Positions 29,228-38,342 of a DNA stretch of 41,901 nt are shown here, in pieces. The DNA is from an uncultured Acidaminococcales bacterium (GTDB lineage Bacteria > Bacillota > Negativicutes > Acidaminococcales > Acidaminococcaceae), in assembly GCA_964439485.1 (NCBI GenBank), contig CAYTOV010000004.1:1-41901 (forward strand), given 5' to 3'. The first letter of the stretch is position 1, and every line of letters starts with the position of its first letter. A program made the position numbers and the translations under genes. The notes under the pieces were generated by a model. That model searched no databases and was not told the DNA's origin. It was given only the letters and a program-made list of their open reading frames with translations.

Positions 29228-29386
29228 ATGGAGAAATGGACTTGTATTGTTTGTGGTTATGTGTATGACGAAGCGGTTGGTGATCCTGACAGCGGTATTG
29301 CACCAGGCACAAAATTTGAAGATTTGCCTGATGACTGGGTTTGCCCGGTTTGTGGTGTTAGCAAGGATCAATTTGAAAAGGCATAA
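29228..29386 (+). CDS. Rubredoxin (52 aa; absent from the ORF track)
   Basis: The sequence is [52 protein letters not shown], with two CxxCG knuckles. The RBS is AAGGAG. Confidence 0.92.
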   Translation: MEKWTCIVCGYVYDEAVGDPDSGIAPGTKFEDLPDDWVCPVCGVSKDQFEKA

Positions 29387-29390
29387 TTCT

Positions 29391-29426
29391 GAGGAAGGAT
29401 GTTTCGCTTGCGGAGCATCCTTCCTT
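29391..29426 (+). terminator. Hairpin (partial terminator) after rubredoxin
   Basis: AGGAAGGATG(29392-29401)/CATCCTTCCT(29416-29425) is a 10-bp stem with a poor T-tract. Confidence 0.5.
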
Positions 29427-29450
29427 CTGTGATAATAGGTGGAGGACGGC

Positions 29451-29789
29451 ATGTGCGGATTTTTATTGAGGGTTGTTGCCCTGGGTTTGTTCTATTTCTT
29501 TTTATTTGACGCAACGAGTTCACTTCACATTGTTACTTTAGGCGGTCAAATTTTGGGCAGCAGCATTATTGCGCTTGCCGCTGCTTTACTACATACTGCC
29601 AGTAAAAAAATATTTGTAAGAAAAACCATGCGTACTGTTTTCGCGACATTTTGCACTGCAGTAATATCCTATTTGACAATCAAGCTTCTGCCGGGTTATA
29701 TTGTTTCCGATATTGCCGGCGCGACGCTCGTTATGTTGCAAATTTGCCTGGCGGCAGCGATAATTGGTTTATTGATAGAAGATAGGTAA
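29451..29789 (+). CDS. Small integral membrane protein of unknown function (about 4 TM)
   Basis: The RBS GGAGG (29441-29445) lies 5 nt before ATG 29451. The 112-aa protein is hydrophobic and has no motif I can name with confidence. Confidence 0.55.
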   Translation: MCGFLLRVVALGLFYFFLFDATSSLHIVTLGGQILGSSIIALAAALLHTASKKIFVRKTMRTVFATFCTAVISYLTIKLLPGYIVSDIAGATLVMLQICLAAAIIGLLIEDR

Positions 29790-29806
29790 AAAAGAGAGGT
29801 AAAATA

Positions 29807-30622
29807 GTGGGAATTAAGTTAATTGCCAGTGATATGGATGGCACACTACTGAATGATGAGGGAAAAATTTCCGAACGCAATGCGGCAGCGATTCGTAAAG
29901 CTGTTGATGCCGGGGTGATATTTACCATTGCGACTGGCAGGATGTATTGTTCAATTGAACCTTATGCTGAAAAACTGGGACTGGATGTGCCGCTGATTGC
30001 TTATAATGGTGCCTATGTCAAAGGCTCCCTGTCCAAAGAAGTTTTGTCTGATTCACCGCTGGATTATGAAACCTCACTAGCGGTGCTCGACTACTGCAGA
30101 CAGAAAAACTACTATGTTCAGGCCTATGTTGATGATACATTATTAGTAAAAGAGACAAGTGATTTTGCTCAAATGTATGCAAGTTTTGCCGGTGTAGAAT
30201 TTGTAGCTTTGGGAGAGCGTTTTTACAGACTGTCCAAAGCACCGCACAAATTGCTTTTGATGACTGCTCCGGGCAGGAATGCAGAAATCAAACAAGAACT
30301 AACGGAAGAATTTGGCAATAAAATCATGATGACGAATTCTTTCAATGATTTTTTGGAAGTAATTAATCCTGAGGTAAGCAAGTGGAACGCTGTTAAGGCC
30401 TTAGCCGAACAAAATGGCATAGATTTGCGTGATACTATGTGTATTGGCGATTCGAACAATGATTTCGAAATGATTTCCAGTGCAGGTTTGGGCGTTGCTG
30501 TTGCTAATGCCAACGATCGTATCAGAAATGTTGCAAAAATGGTAACTGCTGCCAATAACGTGGATGGCGTAGCTTTGGCCATTGAAACTGTTTTAACGCA
30601 GCAAATCGTAGTTGAAGACTAG
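29807..30622 (+). CDS. Cof-type HAD-IIB phosphatase
   Basis: It has IASDMDGTLL and GDSNNDFEM motifs and is about 270 aa. Confidence 0.85.
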   Translation: MGIKLIASDMDGTLLNDEGKISERNAAAIRKAVDAGVIFTIATGRMYCSIEPYAEKLGLDVPLIAYNGAYVKGSLSKEVLSDSPLDYETSLAVLDYCRQKNYYVQAYVDDTLLVKETSDFAQMYASFAGVEFVALGERFYRLSKAPHKLLLMTAPGRNAEIKQELTEEFGNKIMMTNSFNDFLEVINPEVSKWNAVKALAEQNGIDLRDTMCIGDSNNDFEMISSAGLGVAVANANDRIRNVAKMVTAANNVDGVALAIETVLTQQIVVED

Positions 30623-30645
30623 AAAAGATAACATTTAATGTTTTA

Positions 30646-30680
30646 AATAACCGCAGCAGCTGCTGCGGTTATTCTTTTTT
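30646..30680 (+). terminator. Intrinsic terminator after the Cof-type phosphatase gene
   Basis: AATAACCGCAGC/GCTGCGGTTATT hairpin followed by CTTTTTT. Confidence 0.85.
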
Positions 30681-30684
30681 CATA

Positions 30685-30716
30685 ACGTTAACCTGCGAAA
30701 TTATACTGGTTGACGA
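30685..30716 (+). promoter_or_regulatory. Candidate BirA operator 1 (overlaps the -35)
   Basis: The dyad is ACGTTAACC-N14-GGTTGACGa. It resembles the TGT(A/T)AACC-N-GGTT(A/T)ACA bio operators. Confidence 0.55.
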
Positions 30717-30738
30717 TGATAAAAGGCAGTGCTATAAT
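30710..30738 (+). promoter_or_regulatory. bio operon promoter
   Basis: TTGACG (30710-30715), a 17-nt spacer, then TGcTATAAT (30730-30738). Confidence 0.65.
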
Positions 30739-30742
30739 CTAA

Positions 30743-30772
30743 ACGTTAACTAAAATAAATAAAAGGTTTACG
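30743..30772 (+). promoter_or_regulatory. Candidate BirA operator 2 (between the -10 and the RBS)
   Basis: ACGTTAACt-N13-GGTTTACG is an imperfect dyad of the same half-site type. Confidence 0.4.
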
Positions 30773-30784
30773 GAGGCGTTTGGA

Positions 30785-31765
30785 ATGATAATAGAGTATG
30801 CGGAGAAAGTTCTGAAAGGCGGAGAAATTTCCAGGGAGGAAGCTATTGATCTGATAAACGTGCCGGATCAGGACACAATGCTGCTTTTGGCTATGGCTGA
30901 CAGAATCAGACAGAGGTTTAACGGTGATGAGGTAGATGTCTGCGCTATTGTTAATGCAAGAAGTGGACGCTGTCCGGAGAATTGCAAATTTTGTGGCCAA
31001 TCCGCACATTATCATACAGGTGTTACGGAGTATCCACTTTTGTCAGTAGAAGAGCTTGTGGAAGCAGCAAAAAAAGCTAAAGCAGCCGGAGCGGTACGTT
31101 TTTCTATTGTTACGAGCGGCCGTGGTCAGAGCAAAGCTGATGATTTCGAAAATATTTTGCAGGCGCTCACCAGAATAAAAAAAGAAGTTGGTATCGAAAT
31201 TTGCACATCTTTAGGAATCTTGACTCCAGAGCAGGCAAACAAACTCAAAGAAGTTGGCGTTACCCGTTATCATGCCAATATTGAAACTGCTCCCAGTCAT
31301 TTCCCGGATATTTGTAGCACACATTCCTATGAGGACAAAATGTCAACCATTCAAGCTGCCAAAGATGCCGGTATCCGTGTGTGCTCCGGCGGTATTTTAG
31401 GATTGAACGAAACACTTGAGCAACGCGTGGAAATGGCTTTTGAGCTGAAACGTCTTGACATAGATTCGGTTCCACTCAATTTATTAAATCAGATTGAGGG
31501 AACTCCTTTTGAAAGTAATAAAAGTTTGACCCCGTTGGAAATATTACGTGCTTTTGCAGTGTTCCGTTTCATTTTGCCAAAAGCGCTTATTCGCACTGCC
31601 GGCGGGCGAGAATTAAACTTGCGTGATTTGCAGGCTCTGGCTTTGAACGGCGGCATGAATGGCATTATGGTTGGCGGTTATCTGACAACCGGCGGTCGTA
31701 GACCGGAAGATGACAAGACAATGTTAAAAGATTTGGGAAGACCATTAACAAAACCACAGATGTAA
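30785..31765 (+). CDS. bioB: Biotin synthase
   Basis: The radical-SAM motif is CPENCKFCGQS. The length and sequence are typical of BioB. Confidence 0.93.
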   Translation: MIIEYAEKVLKGGEISREEAIDLINVPDQDTMLLLAMADRIRQRFNGDEVDVCAIVNARSGRCPENCKFCGQSAHYHTGVTEYPLLSVEELVEAAKKAKAAGAVRFSIVTSGRGQSKADDFENILQALTRIKKEVGIEICTSLGILTPEQANKLKEVGVTRYHANIETAPSHFPDICSTHSYEDKMSTIQAAKDAGIRVCSGGILGLNETLEQRVEMAFELKRLDIDSVPLNLLNQIEGTPFESNKSLTPLEILRAFAVFRFILPKALIRTAGGRELNLRDLQALALNGGMNGIMVGGYLTTGGRRPEDDKTMLKDLGRPLTKPQM

Positions 31766-31781
31766 AAAGGGGGAAGAGAGA

Positions 31782-32552
31782 ATGCTTTTCAGTGTAAAGA
31801 TGCGTGCCGCCCAGGGTGGTGCCCACGAAAAGGGAGGACGGCATATTTCTGGTGCTGAGCGCATTTTAAGTGAGCCCGGCTTGGAGAAAACTGTATTAGG
31901 AATGCTGGACAGAGCGCGGACACACCAAAGAGGTAAGGCCGATTTCATCAGCATCCGGATAGAAGAAGTAAAGAACGAAGATATTGTTTATAAACCTCTG
32001 TTGTCCATGGAAAGTTTTGAGGCAGCTGATGTTGCTGAGGGGCATGCTTTAGCACTTGCAGAACTTGAAAAAGCCGGAGTCACAAGCGTGGCAGCTCAAA
32101 AGGGTATTTCAGCGTTGTTGTCATTGCCTGATAGTTTGCGTGGCGCAATGATATTCGATGCAGTCAGCGGCAAGCGTCTGGACGGGCTAGGTCAGCGCGG
32201 TGTGCGCGTAAGCAAAATGGATTGCGCGGATTCAGGCGATTACGAGGCTGATCTGGCGAGACGCGGGCTTAGTGGTGAACATGTGCGGGAAGCCCTTGTT
32301 CTTGCGTCCAAGGTTGCAGGCGCAGATGATATTATTGCTGAATTATGTTGGTCTGATGACCCTGATTATGTGACGGGCTACGTAGCTTCGAGCAGATTTG
32401 GCTATAAAAGGATACCGGTAATGAAAGAAATGGGCAGCCCGGTCGGCGGCAGAATTTTTTTCGTCAAAGAAGAGACAGACATTGATAAGTTGTGCTCCTA
32501 TTTGCAGGAACAAGCTGTGTTGATCAGTCTGGGAGGTGACGATAACGTCTAA
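31782..32552 (+). CDS. bioW: 6-carboxyhexanoate-CoA ligase (pimeloyl-CoA synthetase)
   Basis: FSVKMRAAQGGAHEKGGRHISGAERI and ELCWSDDPDYVTGYVAS match B. subtilis BioW signature stretches. Confidence 0.88.
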   Translation: MLFSVKMRAAQGGAHEKGGRHISGAERILSEPGLEKTVLGMLDRARTHQRGKADFISIRIEEVKNEDIVYKPLLSMESFEAADVAEGHALALAELEKAGVTSVAAQKGISALLSLPDSLRGAMIFDAVSGKRLDGLGQRGVRVSKMDCADSGDYEADLARRGLSGEHVREALVLASKVAGADDIIAELCWSDDPDYVTGYVASSRFGYKRIPVMKEMGSPVGGRIFFVKEETDIDKLCSYLQEQAVLISLGGDDNV

Positions 32553-33732
32553 GTTGGAAGAAGAACTCAAAGCAGAATTAGAGCTGATAGAGGAACGTGG
32601 TCTGACCAGAAAAATCAAGAACCTGCGTTTTCTTGATCCTGTAAGGGCGGTTGATGAAGCTGGCAAAGAGTATTTGGTTTTTTCCAGTAATAATTACTTA
32701 GGTTTGACTCATGCTCCTGAAGTAATTGCAGCTGCTAAGGAAGCAAATAATTACGGAACCGGTTCCGGTGGAGCAAGACTAACTACCGGCGGACATTTTG
32801 AAGCGAGCATTCTGGAAAAAAAGCTTGCTGAGTTCAAACATACCGAAAAAGCGTTAATTTTTAATACAGGCTATATGACCAATCTTGGCGTTCTTTACGG
32901 GCTGGTCAAAGCTAAAGATGTTGTTTTTAGTGATGAGCTGAATCATGCGAGCATTATTGATGGCTCTAAAATCAGCAAAGCAAAGGTTAAAGTATATAAA
33001 CATGCGGACATGGCTGATTTAGAACGGTTATTGAGTGAAGATCCAACTGAGGGCAACAGGTTTATTGTCACAGACGGCGTTTTCAGCATGGATGGGGATA
33101 TTGCGCCTTTGCCGGCTTTGGTCAGGCTGGCAGAAAAATATGAGGCGACGCTGATTGTTGACGATGCCCATGCCGTTGGCGTTATAGGCGAAGATGGCAG
33201 CGGTACTGCGGCACATTTCGGTCTGCAGGGAAAGATTGATTTGCAGGTAGGTACCATGAGCAAGGCTTTGGCGGCAGAGGGCGGTTATGTAGCGGGAAAG
33301 AAAATTTTTATAGACTATCTTATCAATAAGTCACGCCCATTCATTTTTTCGACGGCACTTGGACCAGCGCCAGCGGCGGCTGCAGCGGCCGCTCTTGATT
33401 TATTAAGCAAAAACAAAGAAGCTTATTTACAAAGACTGTGGTCAAATAGCATTTTGATGAGAAAGATTCTTCATGAGGCTGGCATTCCGCTGGTGGAGGG
33501 AGAAACCCCGATAATACCTATCATGGTGGGGGAAGCCTCGCTGGCAAGCGAGATTGCCGTGGCATTAGCAGAAAAAGGGCTGTTGATATCTGCAATTCGT
33601 CCGCCAACTGTCGCGCAGGGTCAAAGCCGCTTGCGGCTTACAGTTACAGCGGCACATACTGAGGAACAGCTCACTCATGCGGCAGACTTAATAATTGAAG
33701 TATGGCAGGAAGCAAAAAGAAAGAGGGCTTAG
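32536..33732 (+). CDS. bioF: 8-amino-7-oxononanoate synthase
   Basis: It is an alpha-oxoamine synthase fold with the PLP lysine in GTMSKAL. The start is uncertain: GTG 32536 overlaps its own SD, and the alternative is TTG 32554. Confidence 0.88.
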   Translation: MTITSKLEEELKAELELIEERGLTRKIKNLRFLDPVRAVDEAGKEYLVFSSNNYLGLTHAPEVIAAAKEANNYGTGSGGARLTTGGHFEASILEKKLAEFKHTEKALIFNTGYMTNLGVLYGLVKAKDVVFSDELNHASIIDGSKISKAKVKVYKHADMADLERLLSEDPTEGNRFIVTDGVFSMDGDIAPLPALVRLAEKYEATLIVDDAHAVGVIGEDGSGTAAHFGLQGKIDLQVGTMSKALAAEGGYVAGKKIFIDYLINKSRPFIFSTALGPAPAAAAAAALDLLSKNKEAYLQRLWSNSILMRKILHEAGIPLVEGETPIIPIMVGEASLASEIAVALAEKGLLISAIRPPTVAQGQSRLRLTVTAAHTEEQLTHAADLIIEVWQEAKRKRA

Positions 33733-33734
33733 AA

Positions 33735-34475
33735 ATGATTGCAATCGGGATAACGGCTACTGATACTGACATGGGCAAAACAATGGTCAGCGGTGCATTA
33801 GCTGCTGCCTTTAACATGCGAGGGTTGAAGGCAGGAGTTTTTAAACCGGCGGCCTCTGGCTGTGTAAGAATGGAAGATGGCAGGTTATTGTCGACAGATG
33901 CCGATTTTTTGATGACTTGCGCTGGCATAGATAAAGAAGAACAAAGCAAAGTAGTTCCGTATGTGTTGGAAGACGCTTTGTCACCGGCGCAGGCAAGCCG
34001 CCTGGCTGGTGTAAATATTGAACCTGCAGTTATGACAGGGAAAGCTGCCGAGATGATAGAAAGCAAGCAGATAACTGTGGTCGAAGGTGTTGGTGGTATT
34101 TCTGCACCCCTGACGGATGATTATCTTGTAAAAGATTTTTTCAAGGAAATCAATGTACCTGTACTGGTAGTTGTAAAATCTATTTTAGGCAATATCAATC
34201 ATGCTGTTTTGACGGTAGAATATGCAAAAAATCACGGCCTTGATGTCCTGGGACTGATTGTTAACTGCTGGGATGAAGGTTCCGCTGGAGTTTTAGAACA
34301 AAGCAATCTTTACTATTATGAAAAACTCACAGGCTTGCCTATTTTGGGCAAATTACCAGTTATAGATGAGCAACTTATTAAAGACGGTAACGTTGCCGAA
34401 ATCGCTTCTATAGTGGAAAAGACCGTTGCCATAGATAAAATTATCAGTTTGGCGGGAGGAAAAGCAATTGAATAA
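33735..34475 (+). CDS. bioD: Dethiobiotin synthase
   Basis: The start is MIAIGITATDTDMGKT (P-loop). The RBS AAGAGGG lies 7 nt upstream. The ORF-track start at 33702 is an over-extension. Confidence 0.9.
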   Translation: MIAIGITATDTDMGKTMVSGALAAAFNMRGLKAGVFKPAASGCVRMEDGRLLSTDADFLMTCAGIDKEEQSKVVPYVLEDALSPAQASRLAGVNIEPAVMTGKAAEMIESKQITVVEGVGGISAPLTDDYLVKDFFKEINVPVLVVVKSILGNINHAVLTVEYAKNHGLDVLGLIVNCWDEGSAGVLEQSNLYYYEKLTGLPILGKLPVIDEQLIKDGNVAEIASIVEKTVAIDKIISLAGGKAIE

Positions 34476-35862
34476 GTGGGAAAAGTTAGACAAAGATTAT
34501 ATCTGGCATCCTTTTACGCAGATGAAAGGCTGGAATGAAAACGAACAATTGGTTATTGAACGTGGTGAAGGCGTAAAATTATATGATACAGAGGGACGCA
34601 GTTATTACGATGGCATTTCCAGTTTGTGGGTAAATATTCACGGTCATCACAGACCGGAGATTGATCAGGCAATCAAAGATCAGCTTGACCAGATTGCACA
34701 TTCTACTTTGTTAGGTTTAATCAATAAACCATCCGCTGAATTTGCTGAAAAACTGGTAGAAGTGGCGCCTGCCGGATTAAATAAGGTTTTTTATTCTGAT
34801 GATGGGTCAACAGCTGTAGAAGCAGCAGTGAAAATTGCGTTTCAATACTGGCAGCACAAAGGCCATCCTGAAAAGCAGGGTTTTATAAACTTAGGAGACT
34901 CCTATCACGGTGATACGGTAGGGGCTGTCAGCGTCGGTAATATTGATGTTTTCCACAAGGTTTATAAGCCCTTGCTTTTCAGTACATCAAAGATGACTTG
35001 TCCGTCTTTTTATCATAATAAGATAAAGGGTATGGCGAGCGAAGAAGCTTTCCTCAAATATTGCCTGGATGAAATTGAAGCTTATCTGAAAGAACATGCT
35101 GACACAACGGCAGCAATGATAATTGAACCTTTAGTGCAAGCTGCCGCTGGCATGTTGATGCAGCCAAAAGGCTACATCAAAGGAGTAAGGGAGCTAACTA
35201 GGAAATATGGCGTTCTGCTGATTGTGGACGAAGTAGCAACCGGTTTTGGCAGGACAGGCAAAATGTGGGCTTGTGACAACGAAGGTATAAGCCCGGACCT
35301 GATGACCTTATCTAAAGGTATTACGGGCGGTTATCTGCCTCTTGGCGCAACTCTGGCAACTGATGAAATATATGATGCCTTTTTAGGTGAACCTACAGAA
35401 TACAAAACTTTTTATCATGGACATTCTTATACGGGAAATCCACTTGCTTGCGCTGCCGGCCTTGCCAGTCTGGAGATTTTCAAAAAGGAAAACGTCATAG
35501 CCAATTTACCACCCAAAATGGATGTAATTGCTAAACATATGAAAAAGATGAATGAAATGAAATATGTTGGTGACGCAAGACAATGCGGGATGCTGGCTGG
35601 TATTGAACTGGTGCATGATAAAGAAAAGAAAGAACCTTTTGCAGCAGAATTGCTGATGGCTGGCGGAATTTGTCAGGCAGCCAGAAAATACGGTTTAATC
35701 GTAAGAAATATCGGGGACGTTATCATATTTATGCCACCGCTTGCCAGCACCAATGAAGAGATAGAGATAATGCTCGAAAAGCTTGAACAAGCCATGGCAG
35801 AAGTTTTTGCCAAAGTTGATTCTGGTAAGCAAACAGTTTTTTCCGATCCCTGTGCTTTTTAA
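34468..35862 (+). CDS. bioA: Adenosylmethionine-8-amino-7-oxononanoate aminotransferase
   Basis: The start is TTG with RBS GGGAGGA. The class-III aminotransferase motifs are DEVATGFGRTG and LSKGITGGYLPL. Confidence 0.92.
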   Translation: MNKWEKLDKDYIWHPFTQMKGWNENEQLVIERGEGVKLYDTEGRSYYDGISSLWVNIHGHHRPEIDQAIKDQLDQIAHSTLLGLINKPSAEFAEKLVEVAPAGLNKVFYSDDGSTAVEAAVKIAFQYWQHKGHPEKQGFINLGDSYHGDTVGAVSVGNIDVFHKVYKPLLFSTSKMTCPSFYHNKIKGMASEEAFLKYCLDEIEAYLKEHADTTAAMIIEPLVQAAAGMLMQPKGYIKGVRELTRKYGVLLIVDEVATGFGRTGKMWACDNEGISPDLMTLSKGITGGYLPLGATLATDEIYDAFLGEPTEYKTFYHGHSYTGNPLACAAGLASLEIFKKENVIANLPPKMDVIAKHMKKMNEMKYVGDARQCGMLAGIELVHDKEKKEPFAAELLMAGGICQAARKYGLIVRNIGDVIIFMPPLASTNEEIEIMLEKLEQAMAEVFAKVDSGKQTVFSDPCAF

Positions 35863-35863
35863 A

Positions 35864-35905
35864 AGAAAGAGTATGAAACCTTGTACAAGGTTTCATACTC
35901 TTTCT
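35864..35905 (+). terminator. 19-bp perfect hairpin after bioA
   Basis: AGAAAGAGTATGAAACCTT-GTAC-AAGGTTTCATACTCTTTCT, with no distinct downstream T-run. Confidence 0.6.
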
Positions 35906-36086
35906 GCATATCATAAAGCTAAGTAAATGTCCTTTTCATTGGTAGAGTAAAATAGTATACTATACTTAATGTACTTAGATATTGGAAAAACAGTTTTTGT
36001 AGAGGCTAAGTACGATTTTAGATTTGCAGAGATTAAAAATTCAGCATATGTGAACAAGCTGACTTTTAGAGAGCGGAGGTGATATT

Positions 36087-36953
36087 ATGAGTGATTCAAG
36101 AATTTTAATCATTACAGGTATGTCCGGTGCCGGCAAAACTCAAGTAATGAGAACTTTGGAAGATCTTAATTATTTTTGTGTCGATAATCTGCCGCCTGCT
36201 TTAATTCCAAAATTTGCTGAGCTTTGTATGCAAACGGAGGGTAAAGTTAATCGTATTGCTTTTGTAATTGATATTCGCGGCGGTGAATTCTTTGAGGAAA
36301 TGGTTGGCGTTTTGGATGAAATGAAGCTTAACGGTACTAAGTATGAGCTTTTATTTCTTGATGCCAGTGATGAAGTCTTGATCAGAAGATATAAGGAAAC
36401 CAGGCGTAGGCACCCGCTCGCTAATGAGGGCAGTTTAAGCCAGGGCATAACGAAGGAAAGAGAAAAGGTTGGCAATGTAAGAGCCAAGGCCACACACATT
36501 CTCGATACCACAAACACGACGACAACAGACCTGCGGGATAAAATTATTGCACTTTATGGCAGTGGTGACAGTTTATCCAAGATGAATGTTATCATACAAT
36601 CCTTCGGCTTTAAGCATGGGATACCGCTTGATTGTGATATGATGTTTGACGTGCGGTTCTTACCTAATCCTTTTTATGTTCCAGAGCTGAAAATGCTTAC
36701 CGGCAATGATCAGGAAGTAATGACCTATATCTGGAATTATCAGATAACACGTGAGTTTACCAAAAAACTTGAGGATATGGTTTTGTTTTTACTGCCAGAA
36801 TATGAAAAAGAAGGCAAGAGTCAGTTTACTATTGCCATTGGTTGTACAGGCGGCAATCACCGCTCGGTATTTATAGCAAATAAACTATGTGACTTCTTAC
36901 GTGGGCATGACTATGAGACGCAAGTCGCACACCGTGATCTGAATAAAAAATAA
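36087..36953 (+). CDS. rapZ: RNase adapter / nucleotide-binding protein RapZ (YvcJ)
   Basis: It has a GMSGAGKT P-loop and the C-terminal motif IGCTGGNHRSV. Confidence 0.92.
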   Translation: MSDSRILIITGMSGAGKTQVMRTLEDLNYFCVDNLPPALIPKFAELCMQTEGKVNRIAFVIDIRGGEFFEEMVGVLDEMKLNGTKYELLFLDASDEVLIRRYKETRRRHPLANEGSLSQGITKEREKVGNVRAKATHILDTTNTTTTDLRDKIIALYGSGDSLSKMNVIIQSFGFKHGIPLDCDMMFDVRFLPNPFYVPELKMLTGNDQEVMTYIWNYQITREFTKKLEDMVLFLLPEYEKEGKSQFTIAIGCTGGNHRSVFIANKLCDFLRGHDYETQVAHRDLNKK

Positions 36954-36967
36954 TTCAGGAGGATTCT

Positions 36968-38338
36968 ATGGGCTGGATTAAGTGGCTGTGGCCAGGTATG
37001 AATTTAAAACGTTGGTTGTTTTTGTTTACGATTGGCGCAGTTTTTTCCGCCATTGGCATAGCCTTAGTATTCAATTATCAATTTATCGGGTTCATCGAAG
37101 AACTATTGTTCCGGATGATGTATATGGCGACAGGTGAGTACTACAAAGCTATTTCGATGGCTGGTGGTATCTCGATTCTTTTGGCTGGTTTGATCATCAT
37201 GTTTTATGCGACCAGGCAGATTATTCATTCGGTTATGGAGTCTGTACTGCCAGGCGAGAATACTTCTTTGATGGAACGCATTTTCCGTCAGCGTAAGTTG
37301 AACAAAGGTCCTGCAATAACTGTTGTTGGCGGCGGCACAGGTCTTTCCGTCCTCTTGCGAGGTATGAAATATATAACTCATAATTGCACAGCTGTTGTTT
37401 CAACTGCAGATAATGGCGGATCTTCCGGCCGTCTGCGCCAGGAGCTGGGTATTATCCCTCCGGGCGACCTGCGAAACTGTCTTGTTGCACTTGCAGATAC
37501 AGAACCGCTAATGGAAAAGGTCATGCAGTACAGGTTCAAAGGGGATACACCATTGGCTGGCCATAATCTTGGCAATTTGTTCATAGCAGCTTTGGCGGAA
37601 GCCGAGGGCAGCATGGAAGCAGGGTTAGTGGCAGTCAGTGAAATCCTAAAGGTAAGAGGTCATGTAGTGCCTTCTACGCTGGAAAATGTTAACCTGATGG
37701 CAGAGATGTCTGATGGGACAATTGTCAAAGGCGAGTCTGAAATATCATTGGCGCAAAAAACAATTAAAAAATTGGAAATTATCCCGTCAGATGCCAAAGC
37801 AACTCAAGGCGCAATTTCTGCAATTATGAAAGCAGATGTCTTGATTTTTGGCCCAGGCAGCCTTTATACGAGCGTAATTGCCAATATGTTGGTACCTGAA
37901 ATAAAAAAGGCTATTATCGAGTCAAAAGCTGTTAAAATTTATGTCTGCAATGTCATGACCCAACCTGGTGAAACAGATGGTTATGGCGCTTATGAACATG
38001 TAAAAGCTATTATTGACCATGTTGGACAGCAATTTCTTGATTATGTCGTAGTAAACAGCCAACGCGTTACGGCAGCCCAACTTGCTATGTACCAGGAAAA
38101 AGGCTCTATGCCTGTATCACCTGATATTGAACAAATTCGTCAGCTTGGTATAGAAGTAGTAGCCAATAGTCTGATCAGTACAACTGACTTTGTCAGACAT
38201 AATCCTGTGAAACTCGCACAGACAATTATTTCTTTGGTATATCGTCTGCGACTTTTCGGTAAAGGTATACAATTCTTTGATTACGTTTTTGTACGCCAAA
38301 GCATAAGAAACCTGGAAAAAAATAAGCGTGGGGAGTAA
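36968..38338 (+). CDS. yvcK: YvcK/CofD-family gluconeogenesis/cell-shape factor with an N-terminal membrane extension
   Basis: The RBS is CAGGAGG. The conserved VVGGGTGLSVLLRGMK motif only begins near residue 119. Residues 1-~100 contain two hydrophobic helices. Confidence 0.85.
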   Translation: MGWIKWLWPGMNLKRWLFLFTIGAVFSAIGIALVFNYQFIGFIEELLFRMMYMATGEYYKAISMAGGISILLAGLIIMFYATRQIIHSVMESVLPGENTSLMERIFRQRKLNKGPAITVVGGGTGLSVLLRGMKYITHNCTAVVSTADNGGSSGRLRQELGIIPPGDLRNCLVALADTEPLMEKVMQYRFKGDTPLAGHNLGNLFIAALAEAEGSMEAGLVAVSEILKVRGHVVPSTLENVNLMAEMSDGTIVKGESEISLAQKTIKKLEIIPSDAKATQGAISAIMKADVLIFGPGSLYTSVIANMLVPEIKKAIIESKAVKIYVCNVMTQPGETDGYGAYEHVKAIIDHVGQQFLDYVVVNSQRVTAAQLAMYQEKGSMPVSPDIEQIRQLGIEVVANSLISTTDFVRHNPVKLAQTIISLVYRLRLFGKGIQFFDYVFVRQSIRNLEKNKRGE

Positions 38339-38342
38339 AGCA

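Noticed and set aside
29210-29452. ORF-track ORFs of 80 aa (-) and 70 aa (+, 29220-29432).
   Set aside because: Both overlap the textbook rubredoxin ORF in other frames or on the other strand. The rubredoxin has an SD, a promoter and diagnostic CxxCG motifs.
35969-36082. A 37-aa ORF (MYLDIGKTVFVEAKYDFRFAEIKNSAYVNKLTFRERR) in the bioA-rapZ spacer.
   Set aside because: It has no Shine-Dalgarno sequence, lies in AT-rich spacer, and its stop overlaps the rapZ SD. It is most likely fortuitous.
37271-38338. An internal ATG that would give a canonical-length YvcK.
   Set aside because: No SD precedes it. The upstream in-frame region has a strong SD and coherent TM helices. It is kept as an alternative in the finding.
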